A stretch of 64,000 nucleotides of DNA from an uncultured Chlamydiae bacterium (GTDB taxonomy: Bacteria; Chlamydiota; Chlamydiia; Chlamydiales; SM23-39): assembly GCA_963730605.1 (NCBI GenBank), contig CAVSSM010000007.1, forward strand, positions 32,001 through 96,000, read 5' to 3'. The translations under genes and the position numbers were made by a program. Below are positions 21,001 to 30,373 of this stretch, in pieces. The notes beneath the pieces were generated by a model, which was not told the origin of the DNA, made no database searches, and was given only the letters and a program-made list of their open reading frames with translations. The stretch's first letter is position 1. Every line of letters begins with the position of its first letter.

Positions 21001-21462
21001 TGGGGCGCTTTTCTCTTAACGAACTGCAAGCCCAGAAAATCGATCGACTAGCCTGACGGCTACCCTTCATATGCCTCGACTTGCGATAATAGATTCTAGA
21101 CCCAACCGACGAGGCGACCGAAGAGCGGTATCATGACGCGATAGATGCGATTAGGGGGAAGGATTAGCCTTGCGACGAACGAGCAGGAATGAATCGTTTT
21201 TCTGTGGGAGCCGGAAGCTGATGAGGCTCCAATGAAGTATTTCAATCATAACCTGCTATAAAATCATTATCTCATCCCTACTCCGGGCTTCTGCTTATAG
21301 GGCGCTAGGGCGAGGTTTTTCGAAGAATGCTTCTCTAATGCAAGTAAAATTTCTGATATAAATAGTTATTAATTAAACCATTCTTTTATTTCTGATTTGT
21401 GTATTATCTGCTCTGATTTTATATAAGTTGTTAGAAACTTTTCAAAACAAAATTGGAGATTT

Positions 21463-22708
21463 ATGCAAGCAGTATCAAAAGTAGAAATCTTAGATGTTCA
21501 ACCAAACATTCTCACGCAACCGATCAAAGCGACAGACGTTAATTCAACGGTAGGGAACATCAATGGCGGTTCCCAAAAAGCGACATTCCGCAAATTCGCT
21601 GCGGAACAGGCTCTTCAGCCTCAAGTTCAATTTGAGCAAAGCTTAACGGATCGTTTTAATTCAGGTTTGTTACAGAACGATATCCTAGTTAAGAAGATTA
21701 ACCCACATACCATGATCCATAAAGCAATCTTGGAAAATTCCCCTGTAGTAATCAGGAACCTATCCTCCAATTCTTCACGATCCCTTTACGGCACGCTTTT
21801 GGGCGCTTTTCGCGCCTCCGCCCTCGTAAAGATCACCGTCCCGATATTTACTTCGGGCGGTCGACGACGAAAAATCGCCTCAAAATCGACCATAAATGAA
21901 TCATTAAGAATTGGAGGATAGGTTCAGGTTTCTCCTAGCTCAAGGCGTGAGTGTCGATTATCCGGATTCTGATGGGATGTCACCACTTACTGTTGCACTA
22001 CTGAATCGATGCGACTATGCAGTTGATGTGTTGTTGGAGCATGGTGCCAATGTCAATCCAAAGATTCAGTGGAATGGAATGACTCTGCTGGAGATCGCAT
22101 TTTTAATGAAAGACCATAAATCAGTTCTCGCATTGCTGAAGCATGGTGCTGATATTAAGATAAATGAGATTGAACAAAGTGCTTTAGTTCAGGCAATCTG
22201 TTTAGCTCATGATTTCAAAACTAGATCTGAATGGGAAAAGATTGTTGAATTATTGATAGAAAAAGGATCAGATATTCATTCAAACAATTCCACTAGCAGT
22301 CCATTTTACGAATCCATTTTTCTTGCCCAACAAGGAGATTTCTTTGTTCTTGAACTCTTGCTTCGCAAGGGGGCCGATGTAAATATGAAGGTAGGTGGGG
22401 GTATTCCTTCTCTTTTTCTAGCTCTCAAATGGGGATCTCTAAATCCAAATTGGTGTATCCCTTTAATTGAATTGTTTATTGAAAATGGGGTTGATGTGAA
22501 TCAAGAGCATCAGAGCATGGGTACGCTTCTCCATTTAGCGATATCGGATTCTCGGTTTGATTTAGTGAAATTATTTATTGAAAATGGTGCCGATTTAAAT
22601 AAAAAATCGAAGGTGCAGGGTGAAATTCAATCTCCTTTAACCTTGGCTCTTAAACTACATGAGGTAGAAATCGTGCAGTACCTCGTGCAACATGGCGCAA
22701 AAGCCTAA
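21463..22708 (+). pseudogene. Ankyrin-repeat protein split by a 170-bp MITE (357 aa when reconstructed)
   Basis: Removing 21756-21927 restores VIRFLLAQG, as in the adjacent paralog. Confidence 0.88.
21756..21925. mobile_element. 170-bp MITE
   Basis: 20-bp perfect TIR GAACCTATCCTCCAATTCTT; AG duplicated on both sides. Confidence 0.88.
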
Positions 22709-22774
22709 TCAAGCAAGCGGGGCCGTTTCGTGCGTTTCCGCTTCTATTTATTTTTAAAATAAAAATGGAGACTT

Positions 22775-23731
22775 ATGCAAACGCAAAGAATAGAGAAAAT
22801 AGATGTTCGAGATAACATTGTTCAACCACTCTTTTTGGTTCAGGGAGAAAAAGCCGCTGCCATTAAAATCGACGGTTCCCCAAAAGCTGCATTCCGCAAA
22901 TTTGCTGCTGAAAATACTCCTCAGCCCAAAGCTCAATTTGAGCAGAGCTTAACGGATCGGTTCAATTCGGGTTCCTTACAAGAAGACGTTCGCTTAAAGA
23001 AGATCAATCCTCATACCCTGATTCACAAAGCGATTTTGGAGAATAATCCAGCCGTAATACGTTTCCTTTTGGCCCAAGGGGTAAGCGTCGATTATCCAGA
23101 TCAAAATGGAATGTCGCCATTGACGATCGCGATCTTGAATTGTTGCGATTATGCTGTGGAAATATTGCTTAAAAATGGCGCCAACACGAACCCAAAGGTT
23201 AAATGGAATGACATGGGTTTGCTGGAAACAGCCATATTCATGAAAGATCACAAAACTGCGAAATCGCTGATTGATCATGGTGTTAATTTGAATGAGAAAG
23301 CTGGCAATAAAGGTTCGCTTGAATTAGCGATCCACACAAGCCAAACATCTCAAGAGTATATTGAAATTGCTCTTTTAATGATCGAAAAGGGAGCAAATAT
23401 TCATTCAAACGAACCAGAAAACTGTCCTTTATTTGAAACCATCCTTGCTTATAATGGAAATGTAGCAATTCTAAATTCTTTAATTAAAAAAGGTGTCGAT
23501 TTAAATATGGAATTCAAGAAAAGCGCTAATGGCGGACAAACCGCCCTCACTGTAGCCATTGCAATAGGTGGAAGTTTGGATGTTATTGATCTTCTTGTTC
23601 AATCAGGTGCAGATGTAAACAGAAAAACACCATACCTTGGCATGGGTAATAAATCTCCTCTGCAATTAGCTATGCAAACACAGCAACCAGAAATCGTTCA
23701 ATATCTCTTGCAACACGGCGCAAAAGCCTAA
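22775..23731 (+). CDS. Ankyrin-repeat protein
   Basis: Repeated G.SPL..A...L+..GA.VN units; tandem paralog of 21463-22708. Confidence 0.9.
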   Translation: MQTQRIEKIDVRDNIVQPLFLVQGEKAAAIKIDGSPKAAFRKFAAENTPQPKAQFEQSLTDRFNSGSLQEDVRLKKINPHTLIHKAILENNPAVIRFLLAQGVSVDYPDQNGMSPLTIAILNCCDYAVEILLKNGANTNPKVKWNDMGLLETAIFMKDHKTAKSLIDHGVNLNEKAGNKGSLELAIHTSQTSQEYIEIALLMIEKGANIHSNEPENCPLFETILAYNGNVAILNSLIKKGVDLNMEFKKSANGGQTALTVAIAIGGSLDVIDLLVQSGADVNRKTPYLGMGNKSPLQLAMQTQQPEIVQYLLQHGAKA

Positions 23732-23741
23732 CCTTCACTAT

Positions 23742-23775
23742 AAAAGGGCGGCTTCAGAACCTGCCGCTCCCTTTT
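23742..23775 (+). terminator. Intrinsic terminator after the ankyrin gene
   Basis: AAAAGGGCGGC...GCCGCTCCCTTTT hairpin. Confidence 0.55.
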
Positions 23776-24002
23776 CGATGGCACAATTTTGACACACTGG
23801 CTTGCAAAATCTTACGGTTTCTCCGGGTATGCTATGAAAAAGGCTTCCTTTCTCTGCCTTGAGCAATTCCCCAAAATTTCCCCACTGGCTCACAAAAGTG
23901 ACCAATAATCAACAATTTCCATCAACTGTGAAAAAGTCCTTAACAATTTAATTCTATTGTTGTTAAGCTTTGATCATCGTTGTGGAAAGTGGAAATGAAT
24001 GA

Positions 24003-24046
24003 GACTGTTAATCCATTGGTCGCAAGTTCGAATCTTGCACCCGGAG
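24003..24046 (+). other. tRNA-Asn(GTT) 3' fragment, attR of island 1
   Basis: GACTGTTAATC anticodon loop, T-arm GCAAG-TTCGAAT-CTTGC, acceptor 3' strand CCCGGAG; no 5' half. Confidence 0.85.
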
Positions 24047-24059
24047 AATTTTAGATTTA

Positions 24060-24094
24060 GGCAGTTACGGCGAGAGCTATAACTGCCATTTTTG
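24060..24094 (+). terminator. Hairpin after the tRNA fragment
   Basis: GGCAGTTA...TAACTGCC followed by a T run. Confidence 0.55.
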
Positions 24095-24168
24095 TACCAT
24101 GGTGCACTCCTGGTGCACTTCGCCGCAAAAAATGGCAACAGCTCTTGTTGCCAACCCCAGCCTTCATC

Positions 24169-24207
24169 TTAGGGACAATTGGGACAAAAGGGACAAAAGG
24201 GACAAAA
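24169..24207. repeat. GGGACAA iteron-like repeats (x4)
   Basis: Four tandem GGGACAA copies resembling the TAGGGACA iterons at 6.1-6.4 kb. Confidence 0.65.
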
Positions 24208-24210
24208 CTA

Positions 24211-25124
24211 ACGCGATGTGCGAGTTTCCGAAGCGGAAAATCGCACATGATTAATGATGGACAAGATGCTCAAATTGCAAAGGCTCGTTCCTTATGCTCA
24301 AGCTAAGCTTTATGCTGGCCGTATGTGCCAGTAATTTTCTCCAAAACCTAGAGCATTGATGCCATAGATCTCAAGCCCGCACTTTCTCAATGTGAAATCG
24401 CTCAGTCAATTGTCCTATAACTGTTTCAACAAGACGTCGAGTCCCCATCATCCATCTCAAAAAATCTTTTGGTCGATCATCCTTACATATTTTCTCGTAA
24501 GGGGGTCTCCAAATTCAATCCATGCCCCTTAAGTTGACCCTGCAATTCAGGGACGAATATATCCCTTGTCTCCTAGTAGAAGCCCTTTGATTGTCTCGAC
24601 CAGTTCAGGACACGCATCCCGTTCATCAATATTTGCCTTTGTAAATGTGGCCCCTGTTATCACCCCGGTCGAACTGATCACAATGTGTCCTCGAAAACCG
24701 TAGTAACGTTCTTTTTTGGTAGCACAATAACCGTATGCAGCATCCCCCTTAAAAATGTGACTGAAGTGAGCTCTCGCAAAATTTGATCTGTCTGGGATTT
24801 TCGGGAAAAAATGAGACCAATGCCTTTTGAAATATTCCCAAATGGTTTTATCGCAATCCATCCCCAGGAATTCCCCCACGATTTCGATAGCGATTACCTC
24901 ACTGTCTTTCAGTCCTGGCCCAGGACCTCTCTGACGCAGTTTTTTCCCTCTAAGAATTTTTTCTAGTTCATCGTCTACTAGACAAAAGACAGATATGATA
25001 AAGTCGTCGATCGACATGCCTTGCGCTCCTGTTTGGTTTAAGCGCAAAACAGTGTGCAGAACGGCATGTCATTTTTCAATTATTTCATGTGCGATTTCCC
25101 GCTTCGGAAACTCGCACATCGCGT
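24211..25124 (-). mobile_element. Degenerate IS982-family element
   Basis: ~40-bp TIRs ACGCGATGTGCGAGTTTCCGAAGCGG; transposase fragment with internal deletion and early stop (24547-25047). Confidence 0.85.
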
Positions 25125-25539
25125 TAAAGTTGCTCGTGGAATGACAGGAGAAAGAAGCGACCTGAGAATGAATGAAGTGTCAGCATTGCTCTCCGCCCTG
25201 AGACCGAAGGATGAGACGGAAGCGATGCTTCTTGGACAATTCATTGCTCTGCAAGATTCAGGCATGAAATGTCTTAGACACGCCAACCTGCCGGAACAGG
25301 GATTCTACCACGAAGAGAGACTTTTTCTTCTTGCCAATAAGCTGTTTAATACAGCCAACCAGACCATGCAGACCATCTTGAAATATCGATCAGGCGGCCA
25401 ACAGACGGTGCAGGTGGTCCATGTTCACAACGAGGGCCAAGCGATTGTAGCCCAGAACCTCTCTCATTCAACCCCGGGGAGGGGATGCAAAAAAAATCTG
25501 AGAACTGAACCCCTTGGATCATTATGGCGCAGTGTGTAG
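25125..25539 (+). pseudogene. 5'-truncated satellite/island-associated protein
   Basis: PKDETEAML..Q and KYRSGGQQTVQVVHVH motif, typically found next to HGGxSTG genes; N-terminus replaced by the IS end. Confidence 0.6.
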
Positions 25540-25730
25540 CAAAAAGTAAAAGATCAGAGGAGCAGTGTCAAAAATTGGCTGTTCGTGGAAGAACGACTTG
25601 TCATATGCATGGAGGTACTTCAAAAGGCCCGAAAACGAAAGCAGGAAGAGAACACTCTCGCTTGGCAGTGTTAAAGCATGGGGGGTGTACGAAAGAAGCT
25701 AAAGCTGACCGCGTGCCGTATAACAATTAG
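25524..25730 (+). CDS. HGGxSTG-domain protein (possibly truncated)
   Basis: C.AKSKRS...C...CHMHGGTSKGPKT..G. Confidence 0.8.
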   Translation: MAQCVAKSKRSEEQCQKLAVRGRTTCHMHGGTSKGPKTKAGREHSRLAVLKHGGCTKEAKADRVPYNN

Positions 25731-25876
25731 GGGGCCAGACAAGCTCTTCAAAACACCTGATGAGCCCATTGTTAGGGCTGGTTTCGTCATGGTAGTAAGA
25801 GCGAAAATATGACATCCTTAACTCTTTTATAAACAGTCGGTTAATGTTGTTAGTTAAGAGTTTTTTAGTTATTTTA

Positions 25877-25905
25877 TTGATAAAAAAGCTTCATCTTTAT
25901 ATAAT
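25877..25905 (+). promoter_or_regulatory. Sigma70-like promoter of the his operon
   Basis: TTGATA-17-TATAAT. Confidence 0.7.
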
Positions 25906-25945
25906 GGGGCTATAAAGGATAGATTTATCCTGAGAGAGATGAATT

Positions 25946-26074
25946 ATGAAACAAGATTTTAACACTACTTTGTGGCTGTGCCGAGGGCAATCCTCACAGG
26001 CGCTCGCTGCAACAATTCTTCCTTCATTCGTTCTTGTCACCTCTCATTCTCACCATCATCATCACCATTCCTAA
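25946..26074 (+). CDS. hisL: His operon leader peptide (42 aa, ends HSHHHHHHS)
   Basis: Seven His codons at the C-terminus; lies between the promoter and the operon, followed by hairpins and T runs. Confidence 0.85.
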   Translation: MKQDFNTTLWLCRGQSSQALAATILPSFVLVTSHSHHHHHHS

Positions 26075-26193
26075 TATTTTTTATTCGTTGTTCTACAGCA
26101 ACGAGTAAATTGCCGAATTTTTATTTTTAAATTTTTTATCGACTTGCTGTTTTTACAGTTGGTTGTTTTTAACAATTTTTATTTTGGATTGGT

Positions 26194-27645
26194 ATGAAAA
26201 AAGCAATTATTTCTGTTTCTGACAAGTCTGGATTATTGGATTTTGTCAGAATATTAGCTCTGCAATTTGAGATTTTATCAACTGCTGGAACTTTTCAGTT
26301 TTTGAAAAGTGAGGGAATTCCTGCTCAAAAAATAGAGGATTACACGGGGATTCCAGAGCTGCTTGGTGGTAAGGTGAAGACGCTTCATCCGAAAATTTTT
26401 GCGGGTATTTTAAGCACTGAAGATTCGGTTCAAATTCCAGCGATTCGCCTCGTCGTTGCTAATCTCTACTCGATGGAGTTGGGGGAGATTGACATTGGCG
26501 GCTCGGCGCTTTTGCGTGCCGCTGCCAAAAATTATGAAAATGTCCTGGTTGTGTGCGATCCCGGTGATTACAAAGAAGTGGCCCAAAGATTAGCCACAAA
26601 CAGGATTGATCTTGAGTTTAGAAAGGCCATGGCAGCCAAAGCCTTTCGATTGACCGCCGCTTACGATGCAAGGGTAGCCTCTTCTATGGGTGAGGATGCT
26701 TTCCCCGATCTGTTCACTCTCTCTTTTTCAAAAGCAAGAGAGCTGGCTTATGGAGAAAATCCCTCCACGCAAGCAGCTCTTTACCTGGACGGCAATGGTA
26801 GCCAAGAAACAGCAGCCGGGGCATTGCAATTGCAGGGGAAACCGTTGTCTTACAACAATATTCTCGATGCGAATTCTGCTCTTGAGCTCGTAAGAAAGTT
26901 CAACGGGCCAGCATGCGCCATTATCAAACACAATAATCCTTGCGGAGTCGCCATAAAAGAGACCCCTGCCAAGGCATTTATCGAAGCGTTCGAGGCAGAC
27001 CCTCTTTGCGCTTTTGGAGGGATTGTTGCTTTCAATTGCCGCGTGGATTTTGAGACAGCTGAAGCCATGAGAAAAAGATTTTTCGATCTGGTTATTGCAC
27101 CCGACTATGACGAGAAGGCGATTGAATGTCTCAAGGGAAAAATCAATTTAAGAGTGTTAAAAACTGGCGCTTTTTCATCCTCCTTCAAACCGACAGCCTT
27201 TAAAGAAATTGCTGGAGGGTTATTGGTTCAAACAAACGAACCATTTCCAATTCAAGAGAGAGAGTGGCAAGTAGTCACTGATAAAAAGCCTACAGACGAG
27301 CAAATCCAAGACCTTCTCTTCGCCGCTAAGGTCAATCAAGAGGTGAAAAGCAATAGCAGCGTCGTCGCTAAAGATGGAGTAACGGTCGGCATCGGAGCAG
27401 GACAAATGAGTCGGATTGATAGCGTTTTTCTGGCGCTTCGCAAAGCAAAAGAGAGAGCGAAGGGATCGGTTCTGTCGAGCGATGGGTTTTTCCCTTTTGC
27501 AGATTCGATTGATTCAGCGGCTAAGGCTGGCATCACTGCCATCATACAGCCAGGAGGATCTAAGAAGGATCAAGAGGTGATTGACGCTTGCAACGCTCAT
27601 GGGATTGCTATGATTTTTACGGGGAAAAGGCTTTTTAAACACTAA
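26194..27645 (+). CDS. purH: Bifunctional AICAR transformylase/IMP cyclohydrolase
   Basis: AIISVSDK, VKTLHPK, IDIGG..RAAAKN, YGENP, KHNNPCG, SDGFFPF and RLFKH motifs. Confidence 0.95.
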   Translation: MKKAIISVSDKSGLLDFVRILALQFEILSTAGTFQFLKSEGIPAQKIEDYTGIPELLGGKVKTLHPKIFAGILSTEDSVQIPAIRLVVANLYSMELGEIDIGGSALLRAAAKNYENVLVVCDPGDYKEVAQRLATNRIDLEFRKAMAAKAFRLTAAYDARVASSMGEDAFPDLFTLSFSKARELAYGENPSTQAALYLDGNGSQETAAGALQLQGKPLSYNNILDANSALELVRKFNGPACAIIKHNNPCGVAIKETPAKAFIEAFEADPLCAFGGIVAFNCRVDFETAEAMRKRFFDLVIAPDYDEKAIECLKGKINLRVLKTGAFSSSFKPTAFKEIAGGLLVQTNEPFPIQEREWQVVTDKKPTDEQIQDLLFAAKVNQEVKSNSSVVAKDGVTVGIGAGQMSRIDSVFLALRKAKERAKGSVLSSDGFFPFADSIDSAAKAGITAIIQPGGSKKDQEVIDACNAHGIAMIFTGKRLFKH

Positions 27646-27658
27646 GGAGAAGGAAGTT

Positions 27659-27982
27659 ATGTTGCAGTTAGATTTTGACAAAGGAAGGGGTTTACTCCCT
27701 GTGATTATTCAAGAAGAGGGCACAAACGAGGTGCTGATGCTTGGATTCATGAACCGAGAGGCTTGGAAGAAGACGCAAGAAGAGGGAAAGGTTTGGTTTT
27801 ATAGCCGTTCCAAGAAGCGTCTTTGGATGAAGGGTGAAACATCAGGAAATACCCTGCAAGTGCGGGGAATTGCGATGGATTGCGACCGAGATACATTGCT
27901 CATTTGGGTCGATGTCGAGGGAATGGTGTGTCACCTGGGAACGAAGAGCTGTTTTTCAAGCCTTCAAGGAGAGAAAAAATGA
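27659..27982 (+). CDS. hisI: Phosphoribosyl-AMP cyclohydrolase
   Basis: LWMKGETSGN, DCDRD, CHLG..SCF. Confidence 0.95.
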   Translation: MLQLDFDKGRGLLPVIIQEEGTNEVLMLGFMNREAWKKTQEEGKVWFYSRSKKRLWMKGETSGNTLQVRGIAMDCDRDTLLIWVDVEGMVCHLGTKSCFSSLQGEKK

Positions 27983-28830
27983 TTAAACTGGGACTGCCCA
28001 ATAAGGGGCGATTGAGCGATAAGAGCCTGGAACTTTTGACGCAAGCAGGATTCCAGATTCAAACCAAGGAGCGAAAGCTCTCGGCTTTTTGCGAAAATTT
28101 CACGATGGAGGTGATTTTTGCACGAGCAGGGGACATTCCTGGCTTTATTCAGGAAGGGATCATCGATCTTGGGATTACGGGACAGGATTTGGTCGAAGAA
28201 AAAGGTGTTGAGATCGAGCAAATCTTAGAATTGGACTTTGGGAAGGCAGAGCTTGTCTTGGCTGTTTCAAAGGACTTTTGCAAAGAGGACCTCTTTACAA
28301 AGCGATTGAAGATCGCCACCTCATATCCAAAAACTACCAGAGCATTTTGTGACAGAGAAGGCATTCAAGCGGACATCATTGATATGTCAGGCGCAGTAGA
28401 ACTGGCTCCCAAATTGGGACTTGCGGATGCGATCGTCGATCTGACTTCTTCAGGAGAGACTTTGAAGATGAACGACCTCGTTTCGGTGATGACTCTTTTT
28501 GAGACGAAGGCGTGCCTATTTGCCAACAAGGAAAAAGCTCGGACTGAAAGGAAGAAATTCGACCAGATCATCATGGCCCTTCAATCGGTTTTGATGGCGA
28601 AGAACCAAAAGTTTTTGATCGCCAATCTCCCGAAGAAGAGCTTAATGGATTTGTCTGCTGTCGTGCCTGGTTTGAGTGGGCCGACGGTAATGTCGATTTT
28701 AGGTCGCGATGATCTTTGTGCGATCCAGGTCGTGGTGGACGATCGGGAAATGACCGGAGTCATCAATCACCTAAAGATGCTGGGAGCCAGCGGAATTTTA
28801 GTGACAAACATTGAACAGATGGTGCCCTAA
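27979..28830 (+). CDS. hisG: ATP phosphoribosyltransferase (long form)
   Basis: PNKGRL, DLGITGQD, GAVELAP, DAIVDL; C-terminal regulatory domain. Confidence 0.95.
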   Translation: MIKLGLPNKGRLSDKSLELLTQAGFQIQTKERKLSAFCENFTMEVIFARAGDIPGFIQEGIIDLGITGQDLVEEKGVEIEQILELDFGKAELVLAVSKDFCKEDLFTKRLKIATSYPKTTRAFCDREGIQADIIDMSGAVELAPKLGLADAIVDLTSSGETLKMNDLVSVMTLFETKACLFANKEKARTERKKFDQIIMALQSVLMAKNQKFLIANLPKKSLMDLSAVVPGLSGPTVMSILGRDDLCAIQVVVDDREMTGVINHLKMLGASGILVTNIEQMVP

Positions 28831-29124
28831 ATGAGCCAGATTTTTAAGGATTTAGAACAAATCATTGCAGAAAGGCAGAAGCAAAATGAGTCTCAGTTCT
28901 ACACGTGTCGTCTTTTGACTGAAGGGACGCTTGTGGAACGGAAAGTAAGTGAAGAGGCGTACGAGCTCATTGAGGCTGCATTCAAAGGAGACCGAGCAGC
29001 CATTCTCTATGAGAGTTGCGATCTTGTGTTCCATGTTCTGGTTCTCTTGCGCAAATACAATATTTCCCTTGAGGAGATTGAGAAAGAGCTGCTGAGCCGG
29101 AGGAAGAACGATGAAGACAATTGA
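28831..29124 (+). CDS. hisE: Phosphoribosyl-ATP pyrophosphatase
   Basis: KVSEEAYE, E..DLVFH motifs. Confidence 0.9.
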   Translation: MSQIFKDLEQIIAERQKQNESQFYTCRLLTEGTLVERKVSEEAYELIEAAFKGDRAAILYESCDLVFHVLVLLRKYNISLEEIEKELLSRRKNDEDN

Positions 29125-30373
29125 ACACCCTACTCGAGAAGCTCTCACACTCCTGAAGGAGCGAAAGATCGATTTTAGCTTGATCGTCGACAAGATGCGA
29201 CCTGTGGTTCGAGACGTCAGAGAGCAGGGAGATTCTGCCATCAGGCGATTTACCAGGCAGTTTGATCAGCGAGAACTGCTAAATCTTGCTGTGACAGAGG
29301 AAAGAAGAAAGGCTGCTCGAGATCAAGTATCGCTTCGCTTGAAAGAGGCTCTTAGATTCGCGCGTGAAAACATCTTGAAATTTCATGCTGAACAAAAGCC
29401 GAAGGAATGGTGGATTGAGGTTCTTCCAGGCATTGAGGCGGGACAGCTCGTTCGTCCCCTCGAAAAAGTGGGATGCTACATTCCTGGTGGAAGATATCCG
29501 CTTGTCTCTACGGTTTTAATGACGGTTCTGCCTGCTCGCATTGCAGGAGTGAAAGAGGTCATCGTTTGCACCCCGAAAGCGTCGCCAGAAATCTTATTCG
29601 CCTGCGAGCTCTGTGGCGTCGACCAGGTTTTTGAAGTCGGCGGCGCGATGGCCATTGCAGCAATGGCCTATGGAACGGAAACGATCCCCAAAGTGGATAA
29701 AATCGTAGGCCCAGGAAATCTTTATGTCTCGGCTGCCAAGAAAATCGTCTACGGCGATGTAGGGATCGATTTCATTGCAGGTCCGAGCGAAGTCGTCATC
29801 ATCGCCGATGAAAATGCCAATCCGTCCTATATCGCGGCAGATTTGCTCGCACAGGCAGAGCACGATGTGACATCCATGGCCATATGCATCACTCCTTCAA
29901 GAAAGCTGGGAGCTGAAGTCATTCAGGCAGTGGAGAACATGCTCGAGAAACTGCCCACGAAAGAAGTTGCGCGAGCGTCAATGGAGGCCCGTGGAGCGGT
30001 GATTCTCGTGGAATCCCTGGAAGAGGCATTTGCCACAGCCAACTTTTTTGCGCCGGAACACTTGGAAATCCAGGTTGACGATTCCACTGCATGGCTCCCT
30101 TTTGTAGAGAATGCCGGCTCGGTATTTTTAGGGGAAAATGCGCCGGAGGCAGCTGGCGATTATGCCAGCGGACCCAATCACGTATTGCCGACCGGAGGAT
30201 TTGCAGCTGCGCAATCGGGATTGAGCGTAAGGGACTTCATCAAAACCCCGACCGTGCAGCGCCTTTCCAAAGAGGGCTTAAGAGAGATCGCTCCAACAAT
30301 CATTGCCCTGGCAGAAGCTGAAGGGCTGGCAGGACACGCTGAATCAGTCAAAGTGAGGATAGAAAGATGTTAA
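29111..30373 (+). CDS. hisD: Histidinol dehydrogenase
   Basis: GPGN, AGPSEV, QAEHD, PEHLE and GPNHVLPT motifs. Confidence 0.96.
   Translation: MKTIEHPTREALTLLKERKIDFSLIVDKMRPVVRDVREQGDSAIRRFTRQFDQRELLNLAVTEERRKAARDQVSLRLKEALRFARENILKFHAEQKPKEWWIEVLPGIEAGQLVRPLEKVGCYIPGGRYPLVSTVLMTVLPARIAGVKEVIVCTPKASPEILFACELCGVDQVFEVGGAMAIAAMAYGTETIPKVDKIVGPGNLYVSAAKKIVYGDVGIDFIAGPSEVVIIADENANPSYIAADLLAQAEHDVTSMAICITPSRKLGAEVIQAVENMLEKLPTKEVARASMEARGAVILVESLEEAFATANFFAPEHLEIQVDDSTAWLPFVENAGSVFLGENAPEAAGDYASGPNHVLPTGGFAAAQSGLSVRDFIKTPTVQRLSKEGLREIAPTIIALAEAEGLAGHAESVKVRIERC

Larger units (their letters stand above)
1..24046. mobile_element. Integrated phage-satellite/prophage-like element at tRNA-Asn (left att probably just upstream of the window)
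   Basis: Integrase at the left edge, replication and terminase modules, tRNA-Asn 3' fragment at 24003-24046, and similar arm-like motifs at ~32-67 and ~23865-23899. Confidence 0.8.

Noticed and set aside
21000..21400. Short ORF fragments before the ankyrin genes
   Set aside because: Multiple stops and no recognisable product
24003..24046. Functional tRNA-Asn gene
   Set aside because: The 5' acceptor strand and D-arm are absent; it is an att remnant
24057..24248. 63-aa ORF sharing MCDFPLRKLAHRV with ORF 25054
   Set aside because: The shared peptide is the translated IS982 terminal inverted repeat
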